The notes below the pieces were generated by a model. That model did not search any database. It was not told the DNA's origin and saw only the letters and a program-made list of their open reading frames with translations. A program made the position numbers and the translations under genes. From the NCBI RefSeq assembly GCF_004010195.1, contig NC_057719.1:41920139-41984138 (forward strand): a DNA stretch of 64,000 bases, given 5' to 3'. The DNA comes from Chiloscyllium plagiosum. Its lineage: Eukaryota. Positions 51,079-63,710 of this stretch are shown here, in pieces. Position 1 is the stretch's first letter, and the number at the start of each line of letters is the position of its first letter.

Positions 51079-51293
51079 GAGAAAGTGAGGACTGCAGATG
51101 CTGGAGATCAGAGCTGAAAATGTGTTGCTGGAAAAGCACAGCAGGTCAGGCAGCATCCAAGGAACAGAAGAATCGACGTTTCGGGCATAAGCCCTTCTTC
51201 AGGAATGAAGAAAGTGTGTCCAGCAGGCTAAGATAAAAGGTAGGGAGGAGTCCTGCTGACCTGCTGCGCTTTTCCAGCAACACATTTTCAGCT
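51079..51293. mobile_element. Asymmetric inverted PLE family A element; intact hammerhead core on minus at 51175-51202
   Basis: Long minus arm plus ~40-nt plus arm; TSD cta(g/a)tctc(t/c)tcagaa at 51064-51078 and 51294-51308. Confidence 0.85.
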
Positions 51294-51334
51294 CTAATCT
51301 CCTCAGAATCCTGTATGTCTCAATCAGATCATGT

Positions 51335-51622
51335 CTCAGTGGCTCAGTGATTAGCACTGTTGCCTCACAGCACCAGGATTCCATGTTCAATTCCAGCCTC
51401 GGACAACTGTCTGTGTAGAGTTTGTACATTCTTCCTGTGTCTGCGTGGGTTTCCTTCCACAGTCCAAAGATATGCAGGTCAGGTGAACTGGCCATGCTAA
51501 ATTACCCATAGTGTTAGGTGTAGTAGTCAGAGGGAAATGGGTCTGGGTGGGTTACTCTTCAGAGGGTTGGTGTGGACTGGTTGGGCTGAAGGGCCTGTTT
51601 CCACACTGTAGGGAATCTAATC
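51335..51622 (+). mobile_element. HE1-type V-SINE
   Basis: tggctcagtga A box, tgttcaattcc B box, core and tail. Confidence 0.85.
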
Positions 51623-51954
51623 ATTCTTCTAAATTCATTGAGTAGAAGTCCGACTTGTAGAATCTTTCCTCATTAGCCAATACCTTCATCCCAGGAGTGA
51701 GCCCAGTAGTGAATCTTCTCTGAATATTTTTTTCCCCAAAAGAAACATATTTTGCACAAAATTTGAAGTGTACATTTTTAAAAAAAATACTCTTGAAACT
51801 TACAGAATTTTTAATAAAATTCAATTTGACTCCATTCAACATGTTTCAATCTGAAGTGCCTCAATACCCTTAATATTGTCATAACTAATCATGGGACCCA
51901 GTTTGCAATCATTTAAAGATGCTGAGTATCACCAATTTTATGTAAGATCAATGT

Positions 51955-53095
51955 ACAATAGAACATACAAAATAGGAGCAGACATATAAACACTCTATCT
52001 TCTGCCAGCCAACAAACCGTATCCATGCTAATATGTTACCCTCTACACCATGAGAATTTACACTTCCACAATAACCTTTGATGTGTTCTTATGACACGGT
52101 GGTGAAGCCTTCTGTTAATTAAACCAAACACCCAGAAAAGCTCACTTCGCCTCATAATCTGTTAAAATATAAGTGACAGAGAACTCCCAAATTCCATATT
52201 TAAAGAAAATAACATCAATTTATTCTTTAGCACTAAAAGTGAACATTAAACAACAGCTATTCACAACTCCAAGCCCCACTTTCTCTTAATTGCTTAGTAT
52301 CTGCCTCCAACTGTATAACAATATACTGTTCCAAAACACTTATTAAAATTCCATAAACTTAATTTCAAAACAATACAGTGGCTGTCATCTCCAGTGCCTT
52401 TCTTCTTCCGTCTGAAGATCTCTCTGGGTCATCTTCTTTCCTTTTACTGTGAAGATGTTTCATATGAAAAGGTACCTTAGGTAGACAGTGTTTCAAATAG
52501 CAGTTGCTCTGTCTGACTTTCAAACTGTGTGCCTTTTTTATACACCCAACATCTGATTGTCTCATTGGTTTGATGTTGGCAAAACATTGGGTTTTAATAT
52601 CCTGAAGCATAATTTAAACTCATTGGTTAAATTTGAATTGTTGTTAAAACAGCAAACAAATCAGGTATCTATTTCACAGCCAAATGTTACATATTTTCAA
52701 TTTTCCAGTACACTCCGGGATTGCTAGTTAGTCAAATGGCAGGTGCTTGTAAGGTCTCAGTGCAAAACAGCATTCACTCTCTCTTAAAGGTACAGTACAC
52801 ACGTTCAACTTCATAACAGTGGCACCTTACCAAATACATTCTGGAGTCCAAGTATTATATAGCTGCGGACTCTTTATCAGAGTGAATGTTGGTCATTCAA
52901 AGAACTCCATTAAATAGATAAACATGATTTCTATTTTCAAAACCAATTTGACATTTCCTGATCTCCTTTCATTTCTAAAAGTGCACAGCGTTAAACTCTT
53001 CAGCGATCAGTTCTAACATTGTCTCCACAACAGACGTCAAGCTAACTGGCCTGTAGTTTTCTGCTATCTGCCTGTCTCCGTTTTTGAATTTCCTT
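51955..53095 (-). mobile_element. Decayed CR1 fragments split by a solo LTR
   Basis: Host reads ataacctttgatgtg|gcaccttaccaaat across the LTR; ENYRPVSLTSVV on minus near 53030-53062. Confidence 0.65.
52087..52818 (-). mobile_element. Solo LTR (Gypsy-like), 732 bp
   Basis: Ends t(c)ttatga...tcataaca; 4-bp TSD gtgt/gtgg; on minus two CCAAT boxes (~52625, ~52566), TATAAAAA (~52541) and AATAAA (~52222) in LTR order. Confidence 0.7.
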
Positions 53096-53604
53096 GTTTA
53101 GCCTCACAGATAGAGGGAGGGGAGGAGGAGAAGGCAGCTTGCATGGACACTCAGGCCTGGAAGGATAGGTCATTGGTGGGTGTGCAATGCAATGTGGTTG
53201 TGGTCATGGTAGATTGAAGGATCCAAGGAAGAATAGTGGGTGGGGTCAGGGCAGTAGAGAAAATGGGAAAGGTTTGGCAGCCTATGGTGGGAACAGTGAG
53301 TCTAGGCAAGAAAATGAGGATTTGAAAAGGTTGTGTCAGTACTATCCACTGAGAGTGTCAATCTCAAAATGTTGGCTGCAGAGGGCCAGGGCTTTTAGTT
53401 TATCTACATTTCAATTATACCTGCCACAAGTGATCGAGAGTGATGTCCTTCATAATGCATAGGATAAAGAGTCAGCCGGGGCTAGTGAATACAACACAGG
53501 ATATTCAATAAAAGGAACATTCAATAAATAATTAACACAAACACACATGATTGTTTCCTCCTCAACAACGAAATGTCCCTAACATCCAATGTATGTTAAC
53601 ATGG

Positions 53605-53765
53605 GGTCATAGAGGTATAGAAATGTAGAGCACAGAAACAGACCCTTCAGTCTAACTCATCCATGCTAACCAGATATCCTAAATTAATCTAGTCCCATTT
53701 GCCAGCACCTGGCCCATACACCTCTAAACCCTTCCTATTGATATATCCATCCAGATGTTTTTTAG
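53605..53765 (-). mobile_element. CR1 3' tail
   Basis: Matches the tails at 55729 and 59517. Confidence 0.8.
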
Positions 53766-54711
53766 TGCCAGTATATTTAGTTTTCTGACTGTTAGCCCCA
53801 GCAAACAACATTGCATGCATGAATAAAGTGACAGCAATGTAATGTGACATCTTCACAAATAGAATTTAATTTTGAAAAATGTCCGCGTGACTTTTTTGTT
53901 TTCGAGTTTCATGTTAATAACAATGGAGTTGGCCATGCATGGTTTGGCTGGGATGTAAAGCTTCACTGATTGACCAGAAGGCTTTCTTTTATCTCACCCA
54001 TAGCAGCAGCATTGTGGGAAAAGGGTGCCCCTCTTGGGAATCACACGTTTCATGTGCATGCTGCCAGCATTGGATTTTAATTAAAGTCCCATGGAAAAGG
54101 GCGGGAAAGCAAGAAGCTGGAAGCAGCAAAGTCTTTACGTTCCACCACTGGGTGCAGCATGCCACTGACAAAATTCTGCCCTTTGTATCTTGCTCACAAT
54201 TACCACCTATTTTTCTATAATAAATAGTTCAAACCCCAGCACTGATTATTGTGGTGTTCCACTAGTTACTTTGCCAGTCTGGCAAAAGATCCCTTCTGAC
54301 CTATAAACTACGAAGGATTCATGCCTCTTGTGAAATGTGAAAGTTCCTGTTAAATGTCATCAACTCCTCCAGCTGTGCCTCTTCACAAGGTCCTGGGGAT
54401 CTCAGGGCTTCACCTCAGTGACATTAAACACATCCAGCTGTGTCACTCAGGCAACTGAAAGTGCCTTCATATTTTAGATGTCAAATTCACAGAATCCTAA
54501 TTTAATAATGACTGGAACTTGAAGCATGCTTTTAAATAATTCTTTCAACACATTCATTATTTATATCAAGAATAAATTATGAATTATTTACATCGATCAA
54601 CACAAACCAAATGGAATACACCAATACATTTCTCTTTAAGAAGGGTAGAAGTTCAGCAAAAATTGTATTTAACTCAATCAGAAACAAGAGGTAGAATCTT
54701 ACAGAAGCCTG

Positions 54712-54981
54712 AACAACAGTTGGAGGAAGAGCGCCTCATCTTCTGCCTGGGAACCCCCCAACCACAAGGGATGAACTCAGATTTCTCCAGTTTCCTCATT
54801 TCCCCTCCCCCCACCTTGTCTTTCCAACGCCCCTCCCCCAAGTCCCTCCTCCCTACCTTTTATCTTGGCCTGCTGGGCACACTTTCCTCATTCCTGAAGA
54901 AGGGCTTATGCCCGAAACGTCGATTCTCCTGTTCCTTGGATGCTGCCTGACCTGCTGCGCTTTTCCAGCAACACATTTTCA
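54712..54981 (+). mobile_element. Penelope family A 3' fragment with intact hammerhead core (54894-54921)
   Basis: LEEERLIFCLGTPQPQGMNSDF then CTGAAGAAGGGCTTATGCCCGAAACGTC. Confidence 0.88.
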
Positions 54982-55728
54982 ACATGGTCTATGGCAAGAT
55001 TTGTGGTAGAATCATGTGAGAAGTCTGGTGAGGCCTATCTTGGAAGCAATTCACTGCTTCTTTTATGCTTCTAATGGATGTTGAGGCAAATTCTTTGCCA
55101 GGTAGCCGTGAGTTGTTTATCTTTAGAAGAATTCTTGCTTGTTAAATCTCTTATCAAATGCACATTTCAATTTATTAATAAGCAGCTTCCTATTATTTCA
55201 ACTGTGCTGAACAAGCTAGATGTTGAGAATCCTCCGAGTAAATTCAGCTCTCAGCTGGCTGCAAGGACCTGCCACGTTGTTCAGTGTAGAACAGTACCAT
55301 AGCACAGGGTTCATAGGCACCAGCCACAAGCGCCACTTTTTCACAGACATTGGCATTCAAGATTAGCCAACGTAGCTTCAGCCAGAGCCAAAGGCTCTCT
55401 GTATTGCCATATTGAGAAGACCTACTGTGCAAGTACACAGACACCCTGCTCGACTTTCAGAATCTGTCCTGTAGGTGGAGAGACAGAAGTATGAGGATAA
55501 GAGGCCATCTTGCTGTGCAACACACCAATGCATCAATGTACCACCTATAGCATGTGCCAGCTACCAATTACACTGACTGACGTTATTCCAAACAAGTGAC
55601 CATTGGGGAGAAGCTAGTCCTCAGTCCAGACGGGGAGGGGTGTGGAAGGGGTCACTTTCAGGTGGCATCAGTGATGCATCCAGTCCAAGTTTGCCACAGT
55701 CGTTTGGCCAGACAAGATCAGGGAATAC

Positions 55729-56995
55729 AGTCATAGAGTCAAAGAGATGTACAGCATGGAAACAGACCCTTCAGTCCAACTTGTCCATGCCAACCGAATA
55801 ACTGAACATAATCTCGCCCCACCTGCCAGCACCCGGCCAATGTTCCTCCAAACCCTTCCTATTCATATTCCTATCCAGGTGCCTTTTAAATGTACTAGCG
55901 TCCACCACTTCCTCTGGCAGCTCATTCCATACATGCACCAACCACAAAGTGAAAAAAATGCCCCTTATGTGTCTTGTATCTTTCCCCTCTCACCCTAAAC
56001 CTATGCCCTCTAGTTCTGGATTCCCTCGCCCCAGGGAAAAGACCTCGTCTATTTATCCTATCCATGCCCCTCTATAAGGTCACCCCTCAGCCTCCGACTC
56101 TCCAGGGAAAACAGCCCCAGCCTGTTCAGCCTCTGTCTATAGCTCAAATCCTCCAACCCTGGCAACATCCTTGTAAATCTTTTCTGAACCCTTTCAATTT
56201 TCACAAGCTATGAACCTGCACTCTAAGGTCTCCTTGTTCAACAACACTCCCTAGGACCTTACCATAAAGTGTATAAGTCCTGCTAAGATTTGCTTTCCCA
56301 AAATGCAACACCACGCATTTATCTAAATTAAACTCCATCTGCTACTTCTCAGCCCATTGGCCCACCTGATCAAGATCCTATTGTAATCTGAGGTAATCTT
56401 CTTCACTGTCCACTAGACCTCCAATTTTGATGGCATCTGCAAACTTACTAACTATACCTCCAATGTTCACATCCAAATCATTTATATAAATGATGGAAAG
56501 TAGTGGACCCAGCACCGATCCTTGTGGCACTCCACTGGTCACAGGCCTCCAGTCTAAAGATCAACCCTCCACCACCACCCTCTGTCTTCTGCCTTTGAGC
56601 CAGGTCTGTATCCAAATGGCTAGTTCTCCCTGTATTCGGTGAGATCTAACCTTGCTAACCAGTTTCCCATGAGGAACCTTGTTGAACGCCTTACTGAAGT
56701 CCATATACTATAGCACCACTCTGCCCTCATTAATCCCCTTTGTTACTTCTTCAAAAAACTCAATCAAGTTTGTGAGACATGATTTCCCACGCACAAAGCC
56801 ATGTTGACTATCCCCAATCAGTTCTTGCCTTTCCAAATACATGTAATTCCTGTCCCTCAACATTCCCTCCAACAACTTGCCCACAACCAATGTCAGGCCC
56901 CCTGGTCTACAGTTCCCTGGCTTCTGTTTACCACCTTTCTTAATAGTGATACCACGCTAGCCAACCTCCAGTCTTCTGGCACCTCACTTGTGACT
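55729..56995 (-). mobile_element. CR1 LINE, RT to tail, internally deleted
   Basis: [39 protein letters not shown]; tail. Confidence 0.93.
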
Positions 56996-57627
56996 GAAGT
57001 TGGCTATGCTGCACAGAAAGTGGACTATGCTGAGCTGGGAGAGGAGTTGGGAAGGGGGTTGCAATGTCAGTGCTCAGCAGTTGGTCTATGGACCACTCAT
57101 CAAAGTTGCTTAGAAGTCTGGGGTGATTGGAAGTCAATCACATCCCTGGTGAGTTCAACTCATTGCTGGTTGCATCTCAGGACATAATCCATGGGCAGCA
57201 GCCATATTGTTCATGGACATTGGCACCCGAGATTTACCAAACCTTTATGATCTGCATGGCATCTTTCCAATGCGCTTGCAGGACATTTGGGAACCAGATC
57301 TGCATTGTAGGGTATTGAAAGGCTATAGAAAGGACACTTTGTATCTACAACAGGATTTCCAGCTCATGGATTGGACCCGCCTGCAACTCAGGGCTGCTCA
57401 CCTGATCCATTAACACTTGCTCACTCAGTGCCTGTGGCATGCTCACAGTGTCAATGCCTTGCCTTGTCTGTAAGTGAATTGGTGCTGTAAGGCTAGCAGT
57501 ACTGTTGTATTAACATGTTCTTTTACAAAGACATACAGACAGGTTCCTGGTCATCTTTGTCAGTAGGGATCTGCCCTGCTTGGGGAGGGTGATGGGACAT
57601 CTTACTATACAACACAGCAAGATCTCA

Positions 57628-58190
57628 AACAGTCAATCTCTCCTCATACATCAGTCCCGCCAACCCTGGTATCAGCCTGGTAAACCTTCGCTACACCCCC
57701 TTGAGAGCAGAGCATCCTTCCACAGGAGACCAAAACTGTACACGATATTCTAGGTGTGGCTTCACCAAGGCCCTGCATAACTGCAACAGCACATCCCTCT
57801 TGTCATGAAGACCAAAATACCATTTGCCTTCTTTACCACCTGCTGCATCTGCATGCTTACCTTCAGCAACTGGTGCACAAGACCACCCCAGTCCTGCTGC
57901 ATCTCTCCCCTCTCCCAAGTTACAGCCATTCAGGTATCAATCTGCCTCCTTGTTTCTGCTTCCAAAGTGAATGACATCACATTTGTCTAAATTATACTGC
58001 ATCTGTCATTGATTCGCCCACTCACCCAACCTGTCCAGGTCTTGCTGAAGGACCTTTGCATCCTCATCACAGTTCACCCTCCCACCCAACTTGGTATCCC
58101 ATGCAAACTTTGAGATGTCACATTTTGCTCCCTCATCCACATCATTAATATACATCATAAACAGCTGTAAAAGGGGACATGGAGTCTCTG
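57628..58190 (-). mobile_element. CR1 fragment
   Basis: YINDVDEG...KFAWDTKLGG; ALVKPHLEYRVQFWSP. Confidence 0.88.
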
Positions 58191-58299
58191 GGAGCATACC
58201 TGAGTGTTGGTCTGAGATGGGATAGGGATTTGAGAAGAGCACACAGTCCCTTTTTGATGAACTGTGTTGGCACACAGCTGCCAGGCACCTTCAGCAAGT

Positions 58300-58456
58300 T
58301 GATGCATGTGCAGTAAGCAGGGCTGTGGTGGAGCAGAGCATATGGTGGCTGAAGATACAATTCCACCACTTGGACTGATCTGTGGAACAGTCTGTCTCCA
58401 GTACATACTGGACGGAATGTGCTGCATCATCCTGCTGTGCTGTTGCCTGCACAATT
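58300..58456 (+). mobile_element. PIF/Harbinger transposase C-terminal remnant
   Basis: RAVVEQSIWWLKIQFHHLD* then, frameshifted, LQYILDGMCCIILLCCCLHN; matches the Harbinger RxxVExxIGxLKxRFxCL...CCxLHN pattern. Confidence 0.6.
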
Positions 58457-59516
58457 GGAGCAGGCAATGAGGTAAAATCCTGGTTGCTGAGAAACTGGGT
58501 CAAGTGAAAGGTCTTCTGAGAAGGAGGATGGGGTCTACAGAGTCTACATGGCCCAAAGAGATAGGGGAAAACCATAGACATTTTAATGAGGAGAGGTTTC
58601 TATGTTAAACAATGTAGTTTATTGTGTGATAGCAATCAGAACAAGTTACAGTGGTAAGATTGACATCACCATTATGAATATTAGAGACAGGTATGTTGCC
58701 TTTGAGATCCTAAAGTGTTCCAATTTTCTCCAGCCATTATCAGATTAGGTAGACCTCAATTTTCTTGTCAACATTAACCTTTTCCAAACCATTACCTAAC
58801 ACACCAGAAATGGGATAAGTAAAGAAACAAAAGATGGGTCTCGAGGAGAGGTATTCAACCAGAGGTTTCTGGTCCCCTTGAATTCCAAGATGATTTTGAG
58901 TGATAAAACAAAGATAACCAGAGAAACATGTCAAGAAAAGTGCAATTGTACCCAGACATCAGGGTGACCAATCGTTCTGGAATTTCCAAGAATCTTCTGG
59001 AAATTCCCTTCCCATTCTGAATCCTGGTGTGGGCTTTGTCTCAGCTTCCTCTGGGCAGCAACTGAGGAGGCCACTTAAGGTCTCTGCTTGCTGCTATTTG
59101 AGCATCTTTTCATACTGTGGTGCTGTGCATGCAGAGTCTAACACAGCACAGTTTGCATGAACAGACACATGAGTGCACGCAGCCACAAGGGAGCAGGAGC
59201 AATGGCTGCTATTCTGATTTGAGCTGTCCAGCTTCAGAAGATGTGTGTTTGGGATTGAGACAGGGATGGTTCAGTCACCGGTGGAAACTTTTGGTGAGAA
59301 AGAAAAAGGAGGGGGTAATGTCTGGCCCACCAGTGACAGTACTCATGCCTAACCTGGTGAGAGGGTTGTGATTTTCTGAATTTGGATACCAAGGCTTTAT
59401 GTGTATGCAGCTGGGTAGGTTGGTAGAACCAGAGTTGGGAAGAGAGGTTTCAGAGAGAGAGAGCAAGGAAGATGGATTGGGGCGATGAGATTATGAGTGA
59501 CCAGGGAAAGGAAGGA

Positions 59517-60296
59517 TAGAGTTATAGAGATGTACAGCACAGACACAGAACTTTCAGTCCATGACGACCACCCAACCTAATCTAGCTCCACCTGTCAGCA
59601 CCCGGCCCATATCCCTCCAAACCCTTCCTATTCATATACCCATCCAGATGCCTTTTAAATGTTACAATTGTATCAGCCTCCACCACTTCCTCTGGCAGCT
59701 CATTCCATACACGCACCACCCGTGTGAAAAAGTTGCCCCTTCAGTCTCTTATATATTTCCCCTCTCACCCTAAACCTATGCTCTCTAGTTCTGGACGCCA
59801 CCACCCCAGGGAAATGACCTTGTCTGTTTACCCTATCCATGCCCTTCATGATTTTATAAAGCTCAAAAGATCACCCCCTCAGCCTCCGACGCTCCAGGGA
59901 AAACAGTCCCAGTCTATTCACTTCTCCCTATAGCTCAAATTCTCCAACCCTGGCAACATCCTTGTAAATCTTTTCTGAACCCTTTCAAGTTTCACAACAT
60001 CTAGGAAGGAGAACAGAATTGTATGCAATATTCCAAAAGTGGCCCAACCAATGTCCTGTACAGCTGCTACATGACCCCCCACTCTGACCGATAAAGGAAA
60101 GCATACCAAACACCTTCTTCACTATCCTATCTACCTGTGACTCCACTTTCAAGGAGCTATGAACGTACACTCCCAAGGACCTTACCATTAAGTGTAAAAA
60201 TCCTGCTAAGATTTGCTTTCCCAAAATGCAGCACCTCGCATTTATCGAAGCTCCATCTGTCACTTCTCAGCCCATCTGATCAAGATCCCATTGTAC
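59517..60296 (-). mobile_element. CR1 3' portion
   Basis: VHSSLKVESQVDRIVKK; KLERVQKRFTRMLPGLE; tail. Confidence 0.9.
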
Positions 60297-60334
60297 TGCT
60301 AAGATGATGTTTCCCTTCATAGGGAATCTGAATC

Positions 60335-61045
60335 AAATTAATTTGAATTTATTGTCATGTGTACCGAGGCACAGTGAAAAGCTTTGTTTTGAAAGCAATA
60401 CAAGCAGATCACATGGTTAAGTAGCATTGACAGTAAATAATAGGCAAACAGCAGCAAAAACAAAAACACAGGTACAACAAATGTTAAGAGTTTGTGAGTC
60501 CATTCAGTATTCTAACAGTAGGGTAGAAACTGTTGCAAAACCAGCTGGTGCGTGTGTTCAGGCTTCTGTACCTTCTCCCAATGGTAAAGGTCGTAGAAAA
60601 ACATTGCCAGGGTGGGATGGATCTTTAAGAATGTTGGCAGCCTTTCTTTGACAGCGAGCCTGGTAGATGGATTCTATAGATGGCAGGTTAGCCCAGTGCT
60701 TCCACATGAAGTGTCCAAGAAAGCTTGTTGTGGATGACCACTCCCACGAGCTTGACACTCTCCACTCGTTCCTCCTCTGTGCTGTTTAATGTGTGGGGGG
60801 TATGAGTAACATCCTGCCGAAAGTCATTAATGAGTTTCTTGGTTTTGCCAGCATTGAACGCTAGGTTGTTCTCACTGCACCATTTTTCAGGTCTTCCACC
60901 TCCCGTCGGTAGTTTGTTTCATCGTCATCTGAGATTCGACCAACTATGGTGGTGTCATCAGCAAACCTGTAAATGGCATTCATCTGGTATTTGGCGACGC
61001 AGCCATGGGTATACAGTGAGTACAGTCGGGGGCTGAGTACACATC
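60335..61045 (-). mobile_element. Rex1/Babar-type LINE 3' portion
   Basis: LYSLYTHGCVAKYQMNAIYRFADDTTIVGRISDDDE and LPSIESIYQARCQRKAANILKDPSHPG. Confidence 0.8.
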
Positions 61046-62342
61046 ATCGATGTTAAGTTTCTGTCCTTTGCATGTACTAGTGGAAGTGGAGAGAAGGGCT
61101 TAGGAGGTAGGATTAGCAAGGACCAACTACTAAAAGGGAAAGGACATATCAATGCAAGAGCAGGCTAGCACAGAAAATTTTTCTCTTGCAACAATTTGAC
61201 CAGACTGTCTATATCTCCAACCCCATCTAGTGCAGTGGCTGAATAGACTCCCCAGTTGAGACATTAATGATACACCCACCCTCTCCTTATATATGAATGG
61301 CCCTATCCCAGAATTTAAGATGAGATCATTGCTGCAATAGGCAGGCAGGTTAAAACTGGATGATGCCATGCTTTTAGTAACACAGCCCCGGAACATAACT
61401 CTAGCTGCCTTAGATGAATACAAACTCTAACACTGTACCTTTGGGGTCTTCTTGTATTCCTTTGCACAGAATTAAATACTTAATCAATAAAACAATAAAA
61501 TGTTAGTAAAATCTCTTAATATTTCTCATTCCAATCTGTTTTGGTGCTCTTTTCTTATTTGCTGCAATTGTTTACATTACGCAATGAACTTTACACTCAG
61601 CTTTTCTCATGAAATTGTAAATATTGAACATGAAAAGTGTAACATTCAAAATGCATTTCTCAAAAAGCTACACGGTGATATACAATTCCAGTTATTCGTC
61701 TGTTATCAATCTGTGCTTAAAAACTAAAATGCTCAGTTTCTTTTAAACCTGTGGGTATTACAATTATGTCCCAGAACAATATGCTGATCTAGTGCAACAT
61801 CTAAGCTATCATTTATGCTGCATCGCTCAGTTAGATCATCGCTTTTGGCTGATGACCAAACAGCCCACGATACCAAGATTACATTTGTGTACATTTCCTG
61901 TAACTAAGCATTTGTCAAATTAATTTGCACATGTTATTGTAAATATTATGATGGGGAATTAATGAAATAATCTTTCAGTTGTGTGTCTTGAATTTGAATA
62001 TAATCAGACAAGAAGGATGTAAATCCTGTTTATATCCTTTAAATTCAAGCCTGCCAACAGAGGCTGGGTGAATCAAATCCAAAAAAACCACTTCTGCACC
62101 ATAAAAAATAACTTGCAGTAAGCTTTGCAGAGATTATCTAACTCAGTTTATGCTGGTAATGGAGGTTTCAGTTGCAACAGTGCCATGAAGCAGGCTTAGT
62201 AAGGAACATTCCTTTTGAAGATATTGGGCAATGCAGGACTCACTTAATAAGTTTTACTTAGAATGCTAATCCTTTAAAAATATATTGGTTTGGGCTCAAC
62301 TGAGTATTGTGTTCAGTTCTGGGTGCCACATTTCATAGTAGA

Positions 62343-62723
62343 TTTAGATTTAGAATCAGTCTAAACATCAGGTCATAGACAGAGAACACAGGGGGCTAAC
62401 ACCTTCAATAAGTTGTCTAGCTATCACCATTGTTAACAGCTAACCCGAGAATGCAACTTTTAAAAAAAGGGTTTTGTGATTTACACATGAAAGAAGTGAA
62501 ACTATCACTGTATTCTAACTGATGAAAGGCTTAACAGACAATCAATTCTTCAATGTATAATTTCAGTTACATCACACTGCAAATTTTTGCTATAAATTCT
62601 GTGTTACGATCGAGCCCTCCACAATCACCTGATGAAGGAGCGTCACTCCAAAAGCTAGTGTGCTTCCAATTAAACCTGTTGGACTATAACCTGGTGTTGT
62701 GTGATTTTTAACTTTGTACACCC
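62343..62723 (+). mobile_element. Penelope family B 3' terminal fragment (hammerhead GAAA mutated to AAAA)
   Basis: Close match to 14290-14657. Confidence 0.9.
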
Positions 62724-62949
62724 AGGCCTATGAGTATCCACAACATAGGTGATTTGCTGATATATCCAGATCCCATCATGGTGACTCTGTCTGGAGGTGC
62801 TGCAAATGGTCAGTCAGCAGTGATATTGTCTGTCAATCTGGTTTCTGTTGTTAGGGTTTTATTTTCATGGAATGTAATTGCTGTTCCAGAATTTGCTGAT
62901 CTTGGCACACTACAGCCAGGTTTCGCACCAGAAACTGTAGTTTCTCAAT

Positions 62950-63710
62950 CCTAGAACCAGCTTTAGAAATCTCTTCTGTGCTCTCTTCAATCCATTCACA
63001 TATTTCCTATAATAGGTCACCCAGACCTGTGCAAAATACGAATACTCTACCTGAGGACTAAAAGATGTTTTATATAAGGTCAGTATAAACTGCTTTCTCT
63101 TGTACTCTGTGCCTTTATAAATAAAGCCAAGGATTGGCTATGTTTTATGAACTGCTGTCTCCAACTGTCTTGCCACCTTCAATGATCTATGCAAATACAT
63201 ATCTGCTCCTCTTGTTCCTACACCTCCCCCACAAGAATTATAACTCCTGTTCTATATTATTTTGCCATGTTCAGCCTACCAAAATGCATCACCTTACACT
63301 TGTCCTCCTTGAAACTCTCCTGCCACATATCCACCAACCGTCTGCATTCTTTAAAGTTCAACCCTATCCCATTCACAGTTTACAAGTTTTGCATCATCTG
63401 CAAAACTTGAAATTGTCTGTTGATCTAGATCAATAATATATAACAAGAAAAGCAATAGCCCCAACACCAACCCTTTTCCACTTTAAACCCTAATCCAGCA
63501 CAAAAAATAACTTCTGGCCTCTTCTTTCTGTTTCCAATCAATATGGACCATGCGGTTGTTCACCCTGCCCCATAAACATCTTGTAACTGCTCAGTAGCAT
63601 CCCTAACCTGGCACCAGCGAGGCAGCCATACTATCTTGAGGTCATACAAACAGCCACACAAAAGCCTGATTGTTATCCTAATTAATTAATTCTCTATTGC
63701 TATTACTCTT
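62950..63710 (-). mobile_element. Decayed CR1 fragments (ORF2 3' part and ORF1 remnant)
   Basis: ggtctgggtgacc, tttgcagatgatgc (FADD) and a remnant resembling the ORF1 VIGDS...MVCCLPGARV region. Confidence 0.6.

Larger units (their letters stand above)
50775..51725 (-). mobile_element. CR1 3' portion with nested PLE and HE1 SINE
   Basis: SVFNFWNPPQR, DLIETYRILR and RRFT...MKVLANEER remnants. Confidence 0.7.
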
